DNA of 64,000 nucleotides from Fidelibacterota bacterium (GTDB lineage: Bacteria > Fidelibacterota > JAANXI01), in assembly GCA_021734025.1 (NCBI GenBank), contig JAIPJS010000007.1, positions 103,785 to 167,784 on the forward strand, in the 5' to 3' direction. Position numbers and translations under genes: made by a program. Position 1 is the stretch's first letter. Each line of letters starts with the position of its first letter. The notes beneath the pieces are model-generated. The model saw only the letters and a program-made list of their open reading frames with translations. It searched no databases and was not told the origin of the DNA. Below, in pieces: positions 17,714-26,647 of the stretch.

Positions 17714-18031
17714 GGGTATAGAGGAATAGGGAAATAGGGAAAAACCGGTTGGTTGTTCGTTGCGAAAGAAATATCGGCATTAAAAGGGAATGGAGGGTTT
17801 GGCCACTACAACTAACAACAGACCACTAACAACGAACTCCTACTATTAAAACCGGGTAAGAATAAGATTATCCCACAGGGATCCCTCTGAGAGGATTAGG
17901 AAAACACGCGCCTATAGCACAATAATACGCTTTTCACCGGGACAGTATATGAGATTGTATTCTCCCATCCGGATGCATACATTTATATTCAGTATTGCGC
18001 TAACCGGAACAAATCGAATCACCGACAGCCT

Positions 18032-18259
18032 ATGAAACAATTAAATCGCATTTCGTTGTATATCTCACTGCTTTGTATAGTAATCGCCACCACAATTTCC
18101 ATTTTGGCCATCTGGCGGGTAGTCATCGACACGGAATTCGTATGGAAATCTCTAATGACATTGGGGGTCATTTTCCTGGCCTCCCTGCTGACGTATACGG
18201 TGAATAATTTGATCCCGTACGAAAAGCGACAGGATACCCCGCCTTCCAAAGATGAGTAG
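18032..18259 (+). CDS. Small membrane protein, unknown function
   Basis: 75 aa with two predicted TM helices. Confidence 0.35.
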   Translation: MKQLNRISLYISLLCIVIATTISILAIWRVVIDTEFVWKSLMTLGVIFLASLLTYTVNNLIPYEKRQDTPPSKDE

Positions 18260-18281
18260 AACCTTTTCCTGAAGACCAATA

Positions 18282-18358
18282 ATAGTTTAACATTAATCTT
18301 TTAGCTTGACACAACCGGCGAAAATTTTCATATTAACGACGAAATAGTTTGACATTAA
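18282..18358 (+). promoter_or_regulatory. Sigma70-like promoter flanked by two ATAGTTTRACATTAA boxes (candidate MarR operators)
   Basis: Boxes at 18282-18296 and 18344-18358; the second contains the IR tagttt-N6-aaacta. TTGACA at 18306-18311, ~18-nt spacer, then atatta. Confidence 0.4.
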
Positions 18359-18362
18359 ACTA

Positions 18363-18830
18363 ATGGGGCGGAAAATGCCAACACATTACAAGGGAACCAA
18401 AGAAGAGAAACGAGCTCTGAATACCTACATTAAACTGATACGCGCGGCAGATACTATTACGGGGCGGCTGAATGAGCTGAAAACCCTGGATGACTTGTCC
18501 ATGAGTCAGTTCGGCACTTTGGAGTCCTTGTATCATCTGGGACCGATGTATCAGAAGGACATCTGTCAGAAAATCCTCAAAAGCAGCGGAAATATCACGA
18601 TGGTGCTGGATAACCTGGAAAAGAAAGGCCTGGTTACCAGGGAACGGGACAAAACGGACCGCCGGTATATCCGAATCGTATTAACTGATAAAGGCCGGGA
18701 GAAAATTGAGAAAATCCTTCCACCGCATGTGAGAGCCATCGTCGAAATGATGAATAATCTCACGCCGAAGGAACAGATGGAACTGGGGCGTTTAACGAAA
18801 AAACTCGGAAAAACTGTACAGGAATCATAG
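18363..18830 (+). CDS. MarR-family transcriptional regulator
   Basis: Winged-helix pattern LSMSQFGTLESLYHLGPMYQKDICQKILKSSGNITMVLDNLEKKGLVTRERDKTDRR. Start at 18363 or 18375. Confidence 0.85.
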   Translation: MGRKMPTHYKGTKEEKRALNTYIKLIRAADTITGRLNELKTLDDLSMSQFGTLESLYHLGPMYQKDICQKILKSSGNITMVLDNLEKKGLVTRERDKTDRRYIRIVLTDKGREKIEKILPPHVRAIVEMMNNLTPKEQMELGRLTKKLGKTVQES

Positions 18831-18898
18831 GATGTAAGATACAGAACATATTTTTTACCCATATAATTCAATATTAAACTAATTAACATGGAGATAAA

Positions 18899-19567
18899 AT
18901 GAGCGGACAGATAAAAACCAAAACATCGCCAATAGTTAAACCGGCAGAAACGGCCTACCCGCTGCATCAGCCACTGAAAGAGCGCTGGAGCAGCCGGGCA
19001 TTTTCAGGGGAGCCGGTAAACCCTGAAATCATTGGAAGTTTGCTGGAGGCAGCCCGGTGGACGCCCTCCAGTATGAATGCACAGCCCTGGCGGTTTGTGG
19101 TGGCAACCAAGGATGAACCTAAAAATTACAATCGTCTCTTTGCCAGCCTGAGCGAAAAAAATCAACAGTGGGCGGGCAAAGCGCCGGTACTCATCCTGGC
19201 GGTTGCGAAGACCGAAATGGATGGCGGATACGGTCCGAAGAGCTATGCGGAATACGATACCGGCCAGGCGGTGGCGCATCTCACGATCCAGGCGACGACA
19301 CTGGGGCTGAATCTTCATCAGATGGGTGGGTTTTCCAAAGAACAGGTCCGTGAATCGCTGGAACTCCCGGATGACTACCAGCCGATGACGATCGTTGCAA
19401 TAGGCTATCCCGGGGAGCCGGGTGAATTGCCACCGACATTTCAGGCCCGGGAACGATCGCCGCGATCGAGACGAGCGCTGGCGGACATCGCCTATGCCGG
19501 GGAATGGAGTCGGTCGATCGAACACTATCTGGCAAAGGATAGCGCAAAGTGGAATCGAGAGGAGTAG
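18899..19567 (+). CDS. Nitroreductase family protein
   Basis: RWSSRAF, AARWTPSSMNAQPWRF and GYPG motifs. Confidence 0.8.
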   Translation: MSGQIKTKTSPIVKPAETAYPLHQPLKERWSSRAFSGEPVNPEIIGSLLEAARWTPSSMNAQPWRFVVATKDEPKNYNRLFASLSEKNQQWAGKAPVLILAVAKTEMDGGYGPKSYAEYDTGQAVAHLTIQATTLGLNLHQMGGFSKEQVRESLELPDDYQPMTIVAIGYPGEPGELPPTFQARERSPRSRRALADIAYAGEWSRSIEHYLAKDSAKWNREE

Positions 19568-19569
19568 GT

Positions 19570-20274
19570 ATGATAAGAAAAATTCCAGCAGAGGACCGTC
19601 ATTACCAGGAGATGGGATGGCTGAAGACCCATTGGCTGTTTTCATTTTCCAACTACTTCGATCCGGAGAATGTCCAGTTTGGCAACCTGCGGGTATTTAA
19701 CGATGATTATGTGGAGCCACACTCCGGATTCCAGACCCATCCGCACTCGGAGATGGAGATTGTGACTATTGTGATGTCCGGAACAATCACCCACAAGGAT
19801 TCAATGGGCAATGAAATTTCCATTAGCCCGGGAGAAATCCAGCGGATGACTGCCGGCACCGGCGTCCGGCATTCGGAGATGAACGACGGCGATGATCCGC
19901 TGAAGTTTTACCAAATCTGGTTTATTCCGGATGAAAAAGGATTGGAGCCGGATTACGGTCAGAAAAAATTTGCTACGGAAGCCTATCGAAACAGTCTGAC
20001 GCCAGTCGTCTCAAGCGATTCCCAAAACGGGGCGCTGGATATCAACGCCAGCATCACGATCTATCGTTCCATCGCTGATCCGGGACAGACGTTTGAGTAT
20101 CCCATTGAAGAAAACCGTGGCGTATTTCTCTATGTCACTGACGGGGAACTGGACATCAACGGGACAACATTTTCAACGAAGGATCAGGCCAGGGTTTCGG
20201 AAGAGAGTAAAATAGTCATCGAAGCAAAACAGGAAACACAATTCATCATGATCGATGTGAAAATGAGTGAATAA
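19570..20274 (+). CDS. Pirin family (cupin) protein
   Basis: HPHSEMEIVTIVMSGTITHKDSMGN...GEIQRMTAGTGVRHSE pirin signature. ATG at 19570 chosen over the listed 19549 start. Confidence 0.85.
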   Translation: MIRKIPAEDRHYQEMGWLKTHWLFSFSNYFDPENVQFGNLRVFNDDYVEPHSGFQTHPHSEMEIVTIVMSGTITHKDSMGNEISISPGEIQRMTAGTGVRHSEMNDGDDPLKFYQIWFIPDEKGLEPDYGQKKFATEAYRNSLTPVVSSDSQNGALDINASITIYRSIADPGQTFEYPIEENRGVFLYVTDGELDINGTTFSTKDQARVSEESKIVIEAKQETQFIMIDVKMSE

Positions 20275-20300
20275 TCCAACCAATAAAAAAGGAGAGACAG

Positions 20301-20672
20301 ATGAATGAACAACTGAAAAACGTCGCAAGGGTCCTGTTTGGACTCCCATTCGTAATCTTTGGAGTCAATCACTTTTTTAACGCAGGTATGCTCCAGGGGG
20401 TCGTCCCCGGATTCATCCCCGGAGGAATTTTCTGGGTGTATGTCACCGGTCTCGTGCTGGTTCTCACCGGCGTGAGTATTGTAATTAATAAGTGGGTGGA
20501 CATCGCCGGATATGCACTGGCAGCGTTACTGTTGGTGTTTGTACTCACTATCCACCTGCCGGGGATGTTCAGCAATCCCATGCAGTCCATGTCCGGCTTG
20601 CTGAAGGATTTCGCACTGATGGCGGCATCGTTCTATTTTGCCAGCACGCAAACCTCCGGAGAACTGACGTAA
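20301..20672 (+). CDS. DoxX family membrane protein
   Basis: 123 aa with 4 TM helices and RVLFGLPFVIFGVNHF, a DoxX-like N-terminus. Strong SD aaaggagag. Confidence 0.65.
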   Translation: MNEQLKNVARVLFGLPFVIFGVNHFFNAGMLQGVVPGFIPGGIFWVYVTGLVLVLTGVSIVINKWVDIAGYALAALLLVFVLTIHLPGMFSNPMQSMSGLLKDFALMAASFYFASTQTSGELT

Positions 20673-20696
20673 GTAAATTTCCAAAACGCGTCACGA

Positions 20697-20735
20697 AAAT
20701 GCCCTTCGGTTTTGCCGGAGGGCATTTTTTTATTT
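20697..20735 (+). terminator. Rho-independent terminator after the DoxX gene
   Basis: aaaatgcccttcgg-ttttg-ccggagggcatttt stem followed by a T-run. Confidence 0.75.
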
Positions 20736-20760
20736 CCCGTTTAACCAGTGGAAGTATTAC

Positions 20761-20794
20761 CCGGTAGCGACGTTTCATAAAACGTCGCTACCGG
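20761..20794. repeat. REP-like hairpin of the GTAGNGACG family
   Basis: 15-bp perfect stem ccggtagcgacgttt/aaacgtcgctaccgg. Confidence 0.7.
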
Positions 20795-20875
20795 TAGGTG
20801 GAAGCAGCAGAATAATTGCAGGTTTGCGGTCATTTACTTAGAATGCACTGAAGATAAGTAAGTAACGGAGAAGGT

Positions 20876-21943
20876 ATGACACTGTTTTCCAGGATTGCAG
20901 AGTTTCCTGTACAAATTGAGACTATCGATTTTATTAAACATGAGCAAGACACCTCCAGCGACTTTACGCGGAAAACCACGGAAATTATTTTGTCGGGGAA
21001 GGGGAAATCCGGCCGTGGGGAAGACGTCACCTATGAGGCGGATGAGCATGATGCCGTCGATGAGCAGCAGCCGGACTTTCCCTTGGCGGGAGCTTTCACG
21101 CTTGGTGATTTCTCGGAATTGCTGGAAGAAATGGATCTGTTTTTCGGCCGGGATCCGGGGCATAAAGCATTTTGCAATTACCGGCGCTGGGGATTCGAGA
21201 GTGCTGCTCTGGATCTGGCGTTAAAACAGGCCGGAACAAATCTGGCGAAAGTGTTCGGATTGCAATACAACCCTGTAGAGTTCGTAGTGAGTACGCGGCT
21301 CGGCGATTCGCCGTCTATGGAGAGATTAGAGCAACTCCTGAAAGCTAATTCGGAACTCAAATTTAAGCTCGATCCCACGCCGGAGTGGACTCCCGACCTC
21401 ATGGACCAAATCGCTGCTACGGACACTGTCCGTATTTTGGACTTCAAGGGGCTCTACGAAAATACGATTGTCGACAATCCGCCGGAGCCGTGGCTATATA
21501 GGGAACTCATCGCACGGTTTCCGGATGCCGTCATCGAAGATCCGGCCGATACGGAGGAAATTCGGAAAATTATCGCGCCGGAGAAGGAACGCCTTTCCTG
21601 GGATTATCCTGTGAAGCATATTCAGAGTATTGAAGAATTACCGTTTTCGCCCCGGTGGCTGAATATCAAGCCGTCCCGCTTCGGATCCCTGAAAGCGCTG
21701 CTTGATACCATTGACTACTGCCGGAAACATGAGATTACCATGTACGGCGGCGGGCAGTTCGAGCTGAGTGTCGGCCGGGACCAAATCCAGGGACTGGCAT
21801 CGTTATTCTATCCGGATTCACCCAACGATGTGGCCCCCGGCGTCTATAATATGCCGGAAGTGACCGGAACAGAGGCGCCGTTAAGTCCGCTGAAACCCGC
21901 TGATGACCTCACCGGCTTCGAGTGGAAATACGACAACTCCTGA
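20876..21943 (+). CDS. Hypothetical protein, possibly enolase-superfamily (MR/MLE-like)
   Basis: Spacing of KFKLD, VIEDP and LNIKPSRFGS resembles enolase-superfamily metal and base motifs. Weak, from memory only. Confidence 0.4.
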   Translation: MTLFSRIAEFPVQIETIDFIKHEQDTSSDFTRKTTEIILSGKGKSGRGEDVTYEADEHDAVDEQQPDFPLAGAFTLGDFSELLEEMDLFFGRDPGHKAFCNYRRWGFESAALDLALKQAGTNLAKVFGLQYNPVEFVVSTRLGDSPSMERLEQLLKANSELKFKLDPTPEWTPDLMDQIAATDTVRILDFKGLYENTIVDNPPEPWLYRELIARFPDAVIEDPADTEEIRKIIAPEKERLSWDYPVKHIQSIEELPFSPRWLNIKPSRFGSLKALLDTIDYCRKHEITMYGGGQFELSVGRDQIQGLASLFYPDSPNDVAPGVYNMPEVTGTEAPLSPLKPADDLTGFEWKYDNS

Positions 21944-22040
21944 TTCCCCAATTTTTTTCCATGTGAATGTTCTTCATCCATATTATCTTTTCTGTCCCAT
22001 TATTTAGATTCGGTAAATCAATCGCCAGCCTGGAGATGAT

Positions 22041-23978
22041 ATGGAGAAAAAAGGCCTGCCGCCAAACGCCTACAAAATAAATGAAGGGGAAGAATACGTT
22101 CCGTATGTCCACGGAAAGCGTCTTCCGGAGTTTACCCTTAAGGCCGCGATCTCGGGTATTTTGCTGGGCATTCTGTTCGGAGCGGCGAATACCTATCTTG
22201 GCCTCAAAGCCGGCCTGACGATAAGTACATCCATTCCTGTGGCGGTGTTAACGGTTGTGGCTTTCCGGTTCCTTAAAGTGTTCGGTACCGATCATTCCAT
22301 TCTCGAAGCCAATATGTCTCAGACCATCGGCTCAGCCAGTTCATCTGTAGCGTCCGGTGTGCTGTTTACCATTCCGGCGCTCTTTCTCTGGAACCTGAAA
22401 CCGAGCCTGGCGCAGCTGACCTTGTTAGCCATGGTGGGTGGTGTGCTCGGAATCCTTTCCATGATTCCGCTCCGCCGGTATCTCATTAAGCGGGAGCACG
22501 GTAATTTGCCGTATCCCGAAGGGATGGCGTGCGCTGAGGTTCTGGTCGCTTCCGAAAGCGGCGGAAAACAAGCTTCAGGCGTCTTTTGGGGCCTCGGCTT
22601 CGGTATGCTGGTCAAGTGGATTACCGACGGACTCAAACTCGTCGGCGGGAAGTTTGAGACACTACTGGGATTCAAGGCAAAGCTCTCCATCGGTGTTTCA
22701 CCCGCACTCATGGGTGTCGGCTACATACTTGGTGTCCGGATTGCTTCGGTGATGGTGGCCGGCGCGGCACTCTCGGCATTTGTAATTATCCCGGTCATCA
22801 ACTGGTGGGGCAGCGGACTTACCGTGCCGTTTTATCCGGAGACGGAGATGCTCATCCGGAATATGTCCGCCGCCGAGATTTGGAACCGGTACGTCCGGTA
22901 TATCGGCGCAGGCGCTGTTGCCACGGGCGGATTCATTACCCTGATTAAATCCATTCCGACGATGATTGAATCGTTTAAACTCGGGGTGGCGCAGATCGGC
23001 AAAAAATTGGAGGACGAGGAACAGGCGCGTATCGATAAAGATCTCTCCATTAAAGTTATTGGAGCTATTGTCGCGATTGTGCTGCTGGTGCTGACCTTTG
23101 TGCCCGGTATTCTCGGCTACCTGGATTCGATTATTGTGCGCGGCATTTCAGCGCTGCTCATCGCTGTTTTTGCCTTTTTCTTCGTGACCGTCTCTTCGCG
23201 GATTGTCGGAATGGTGGGCGTGACCTCCAATCCCACCTCCGGGATGACCATTGCCACGCTGCTGGGGACGAGTTTCATTTTTTATCTCATGGGATGGACA
23301 GACCTGGCAGGCAAAGCCACTGCGCTCATGGTCGGCACCGGCGTCTGTATCGCAGCCTCTATCGCCGGGGATGCTTCCCAGGATCTGAAAACCGGATTCG
23401 TCCTCGGCGCCACACCGGCCCGTCAGCAGATCGGCGAACTCATCGGCGTAGTGACCTCGGCGGGATTCGTCTGCCTCACGATCATTTTACTGGACCAGAG
23501 TTTCGGGGTGGGCAGCGCGGAGTTGCCTGCGCCGCAAGGTGTGCTTATGCAGCTGGTCATCGACGGTGTTTTGGAACAGAATCTTCCGTGGACTTTGATA
23601 TTTATCGGCGTCGGAATTGCACTGGTCGCTTATGCCTTGAAACTGCCGGTACTGGCGTTTGCCGTAGGCGTTTATCTTCCGCTGAGTACTATGGCGCCGG
23701 TTTTCCTCGGGGGATTCCTGCGCTACCTGCTCACCCGGAATCAGCCGGAAGAAGAAGCGGAGCGTCGCAGGGAACAGGGTGTGCTGTTCGGATCAGGTTT
23801 GGTCGGCGGTGAGGGATTACTTGGCGTCGGATTAGCCGCCTGGGTTGCTGCCAAGGGCGGGGAACGCATCCAGGGACTTGGCCTCGAGTATTCGCCGGTG
23901 CTTGGCACCGTTATTTCTGCTGCCGCTATCGGGCTGATCCTGTACGTGATGTCGCGGGTGATTCTCAAAAAAGGTTAA
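22041..23978 (+). CDS. OPT-family oligopeptide transporter
   Basis: 645 aa, polytopic. GLKAGLTISTSIP and GDASQDLKTGFVLGATPARQQ motifs are typical of OPT. Confidence 0.85.
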   Translation: MEKKGLPPNAYKINEGEEYVPYVHGKRLPEFTLKAAISGILLGILFGAANTYLGLKAGLTISTSIPVAVLTVVAFRFLKVFGTDHSILEANMSQTIGSASSSVASGVLFTIPALFLWNLKPSLAQLTLLAMVGGVLGILSMIPLRRYLIKREHGNLPYPEGMACAEVLVASESGGKQASGVFWGLGFGMLVKWITDGLKLVGGKFETLLGFKAKLSIGVSPALMGVGYILGVRIASVMVAGAALSAFVIIPVINWWGSGLTVPFYPETEMLIRNMSAAEIWNRYVRYIGAGAVATGGFITLIKSIPTMIESFKLGVAQIGKKLEDEEQARIDKDLSIKVIGAIVAIVLLVLTFVPGILGYLDSIIVRGISALLIAVFAFFFVTVSSRIVGMVGVTSNPTSGMTIATLLGTSFIFYLMGWTDLAGKATALMVGTGVCIAASIAGDASQDLKTGFVLGATPARQQIGELIGVVTSAGFVCLTIILLDQSFGVGSAELPAPQGVLMQLVIDGVLEQNLPWTLIFIGVGIALVAYALKLPVLAFAVGVYLPLSTMAPVFLGGFLRYLLTRNQPEEEAERRREQGVLFGSGLVGGEGLLGVGLAAWVAAKGGERIQGLGLEYSPVLGTVISAAAIGLILYVMSRVILKKG

Positions 23979-23980
23979 CG

Positions 23981-24008
23981 GCAGTGTTCGAGTGTTCATG
24001 TGTTCAAG
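23981..24008 (-). repeat. NNNAACAC octamer array, inverse orientation
   Basis: Reverse complement reads ttgaacac|atgaacac|tcgaacac|tgcc. Confidence 0.7.
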
Positions 24009-24033
24009 TAGCGGCATTTTACGTTTATGTTGT

Positions 24034-24078
24034 TTCTTAATCTTAATCCTATTCGCCGTGGCGAATTACTCTTAACCT
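24034..24078 (-). repeat. ATTAAGA stutter tract, inverse copy
   Basis: Reverse complement reads ggttaagagtaattcgccacggcgaataggattaagattaagaaac. Confidence 0.6.
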
Positions 24079-24276
24079 GCATAATTCATAAATCGGAATA
24101 AATGGACAGTTTCGATGTGTCATAAGATCAATATTTTCAATGGTGTAGAGACGTGCCATGGCACGTCTCTACTGAAAAATTTTAGAACTATCTTAGAGGA
24201 ATTCAAAAAGTATAACCTATTATTTTTTTCGTGTGTTATAAAAATTCCCCCTATTTTATGAATAAACCAGGTTAAT
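24072..24276. repeat. 205-bp IR-bounded element with termini related to 579-804
   Basis: Left arm ttaacctgcataattcataaatcg. Reverse complement of right arm ttaacctggtttattcataaaatag. Cargo includes hairpin 24145-24172 (gtagagacgtgcc/ggcacgtctctac). Confidence 0.4.
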
Positions 24277-24290
24277 TGCTGTTTTTATAA

Positions 24291-24335
24291 AGTGTTATAG
24301 CGTTCGGGTGTTCACGCGTTCAGGTTAAAACCGTC
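24291..24335 (-). repeat. GGTTTTAACC + octamer array, inverse orientation
   Basis: Reverse complement reads acggttttaacctgaacgc|gtgaacac|ccgaacgc|tataacac. Confidence 0.7.
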
Positions 24336-24425
24336 CTGAATCATGCATCCTCAGTCCGGTGTCTGTTGTAGCCTGGGAGTTGGTAGTCGCTGCTTTAGTA
24401 GGTTTTTTCTGTTTTTTCCTCAACA

Positions 24426-24524
24426 ACACAACTCCATCCCTCCCTTAGGGAACCCATCCTCAAACCATCGCAATTGTTTTTCTCCCTCTCTTCCGAAGAG
24501 AGGGAGATCAAGAGGGTGAGTTGT
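24426..24524. repeat. Module D composite palindromic element
   Basis: acacaactcc...ctccctctcttccgaagagagggag...ggtgagttgt. Confidence 0.7.
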
Positions 24525-25090
24525 ATTTTTTTGAGTTCCCGTTTCGTTCCCGTCATTAAACAAGGAACAAACTGGAATGCTTCACCGCGGCGATGTGGGA
24601 GGTGAGACGCGATCCAGACGATCGTAAAACAGGATGCAGGTCTTGTTGGTAGTCCCCGCTTCAGCGGTTTTTATTTGTTGTTTGCGGATCGTTGTTTGTA
24701 GATATTGCTTACCACTTTTCATTTTTCAAGGCTTTATCAAAGATGTCTACCTTACAACGAACAACGAACAACGATCCACCGACAGGTTTTTTTCCTGTCT
24801 CCAGCTTCCGGTCTCCGTTCTCTATTTTCCATCAATTCAAATCTTCAATATTCTGAAATACTTTCAGATTTCTGACACCACCATTTCGGCCTCGATCCTT
24901 CGTGATTGAGCGAGAAAGTACGTAAATCCTCTAATTACAACAGGTAACTCCTTGGTGTATGGCATGAGGAACCGGAGCACGATTCATTGGCACCGTCTTT
25001 GTCACTAGCTAGTACGATAATCGCTTCAAGCCCTAGTCCAGATATTTCTCATGGGGAAACTATTTACACAAATGTAGAAAGGAGTCCGTC

Positions 25091-26074
25091 ATGAGGTGCT
25101 CAATGAATCTCATACTGACAATTGTTATAGTTATTTTGGTCTGCAGCCTCACTAAAATTTACGCAGCAAATGGAGAGGGAGCCTCCCGGGATCTGTTGCC
25201 GGATATCTCAGACCAGATGAAAACTGCAAGCCAGCCACCGAAATTTTTCTATACGCCGACTGCCCGGGTATTAAAATCTATGGAAGTAGGACTGTTTGGT
25301 GGCAGCACCTTCGGTGGATATGAGGCCGGGGGATTCGCGAGAAGAATATCACTTGGACTCGGGGGAGTCGGAGAAATAGAAATGAGTAGTGCGCATATTA
25401 CCAACCAGCTAACCGGACAGGGAGAGCGGTTGCCCGCCCGGACGTTTAAAATCCATCTCGTCCCCGACCAGTTCAGGCATTATCGGTATATGCCGGATAT
25501 TGCCCTGGCGTTAAAGACAACATCCTGGGGCACCAACGCCAGGAAGGGTCGGGCGCTATCAAAAACGCTGGAATTGTCTTTTGCAGCAGAAAACCAGGGT
25601 TACGGCTTAACAGGACTGGCGCTCCAGAGCCGGTTCACGTCGTTACATTTTATCGTGGGTACGACCGGATCGCTGGGTGCGATCTATAGTGGAGTGAGTT
25701 TAACTGATGTCCGCACCCGTGGCGGCGGACAATGGATTTACAACAAGACCACTGATACGGTTGATCATTATGAAATCCCTGAACAACAGAAGAATCTCAT
25801 TCGCCCGTTCGGGGGCATAACCCTCAATGCAAACGAGTCGACACAGATTATCGGTGAAGTAAGTACCGTTCCGAATCTGGAGTACAATGTCGAAGCCAGG
25901 CGAATCGACATTAGTGATACCTGGATCGGCATCGGAGGCCTCCGCTTCTTTATGTGGGAGTGGATTTCACTGGATGTGGGGGTCCGGTATCTCAGTACAT
26001 TTGAGGGAATAGCTGATACCGATATCAACCTGGGTGTGAACTTTGTGGTACCGCTGCAGCACGAAGGTTCCTGA
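25091..26074 (+). CDS. Secreted hypothetical protein, probable outer-membrane beta-barrel
   Basis: Signal peptide (ILTIVIVILVCSLTKIYA). Alternating amphipathic strands with Gly/aromatic-rich segments. SD gaaaggag. Confidence 0.55.
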   Translation: MRCSMNLILTIVIVILVCSLTKIYAANGEGASRDLLPDISDQMKTASQPPKFFYTPTARVLKSMEVGLFGGSTFGGYEAGGFARRISLGLGGVGEIEMSSAHITNQLTGQGERLPARTFKIHLVPDQFRHYRYMPDIALALKTTSWGTNARKGRALSKTLELSFAAENQGYGLTGLALQSRFTSLHFIVGTTGSLGAIYSGVSLTDVRTRGGGQWIYNKTTDTVDHYEIPEQQKNLIRPFGGITLNANESTQIIGEVSTVPNLEYNVEARRIDISDTWIGIGGLRFFMWEWISLDVGVRYLSTFEGIADTDINLGVNFVVPLQHEGS

Positions 26075-26358
26075 GCGTGAATAAAACCATTTAAGGCAAT
26101 GATACCAGGAATTCAATAATACAATGTAGCTCCGTATTGTCATGTTTGATCTCCTACTTATTCCCTCTTTCTAATCAATGATACGGGCTTAGAAGGAGAT
26201 GCTATTAATCCCGCTCTGTGAGAGAGGTTAGAGGTGGGAAAGGGCGGCGCAAGGTGGATGAAGAAACAGTCTACAGTTCTTGTTGGTAGTTCCCTCTTTA
26301 GAGGGTGAGTTGTGTTGTTTTTTGTGGCCCTTCCATCACTGCCGCTGAAAAAAGCTCG

Positions 26359-26413
26359 CCTTGGAATGAGATTCCAAGGCTTCCCGGTTTCGCCTCGCAA
26401 TCTCATTGCGAGG
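26359..26413 (-). repeat. Module H double hairpin, copy 2 (inverse orientation)
   Basis: ccttggaatgagattccaagg + linker + cctcgcaatctcattgcgagg. Confidence 0.7.
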
Positions 26414-26508
26414 TGAAGCGTGATCTCCGGATTTCTTGTAAACGGCTAAAGCCGTTACTACCAACAGCTCTGTCAAATACAGTAGAAGGCTGTTTCCTTG
26501 AATACTGC

Positions 26509-26557
26509 GGGTTAAAAACTATAACGCCATAACACTCTAACGCAGTAGCACATTTTT
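26509..26557 (+). repeat. NNNAAC(A/G)C octamer array upstream of the rlmD-like gene
   Basis: tataacgc|cataacac|tctaacgc|agtagcac. Confidence 0.65.
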
Positions 26558-26647
26558 GACAAGAATACTTTAACACTCTTGATACTTCCATTGAATTCGT
26601 ACCCTTGATTTCGTACACTTTTGAGCTATTTCAAGAAGAGGAGAATT

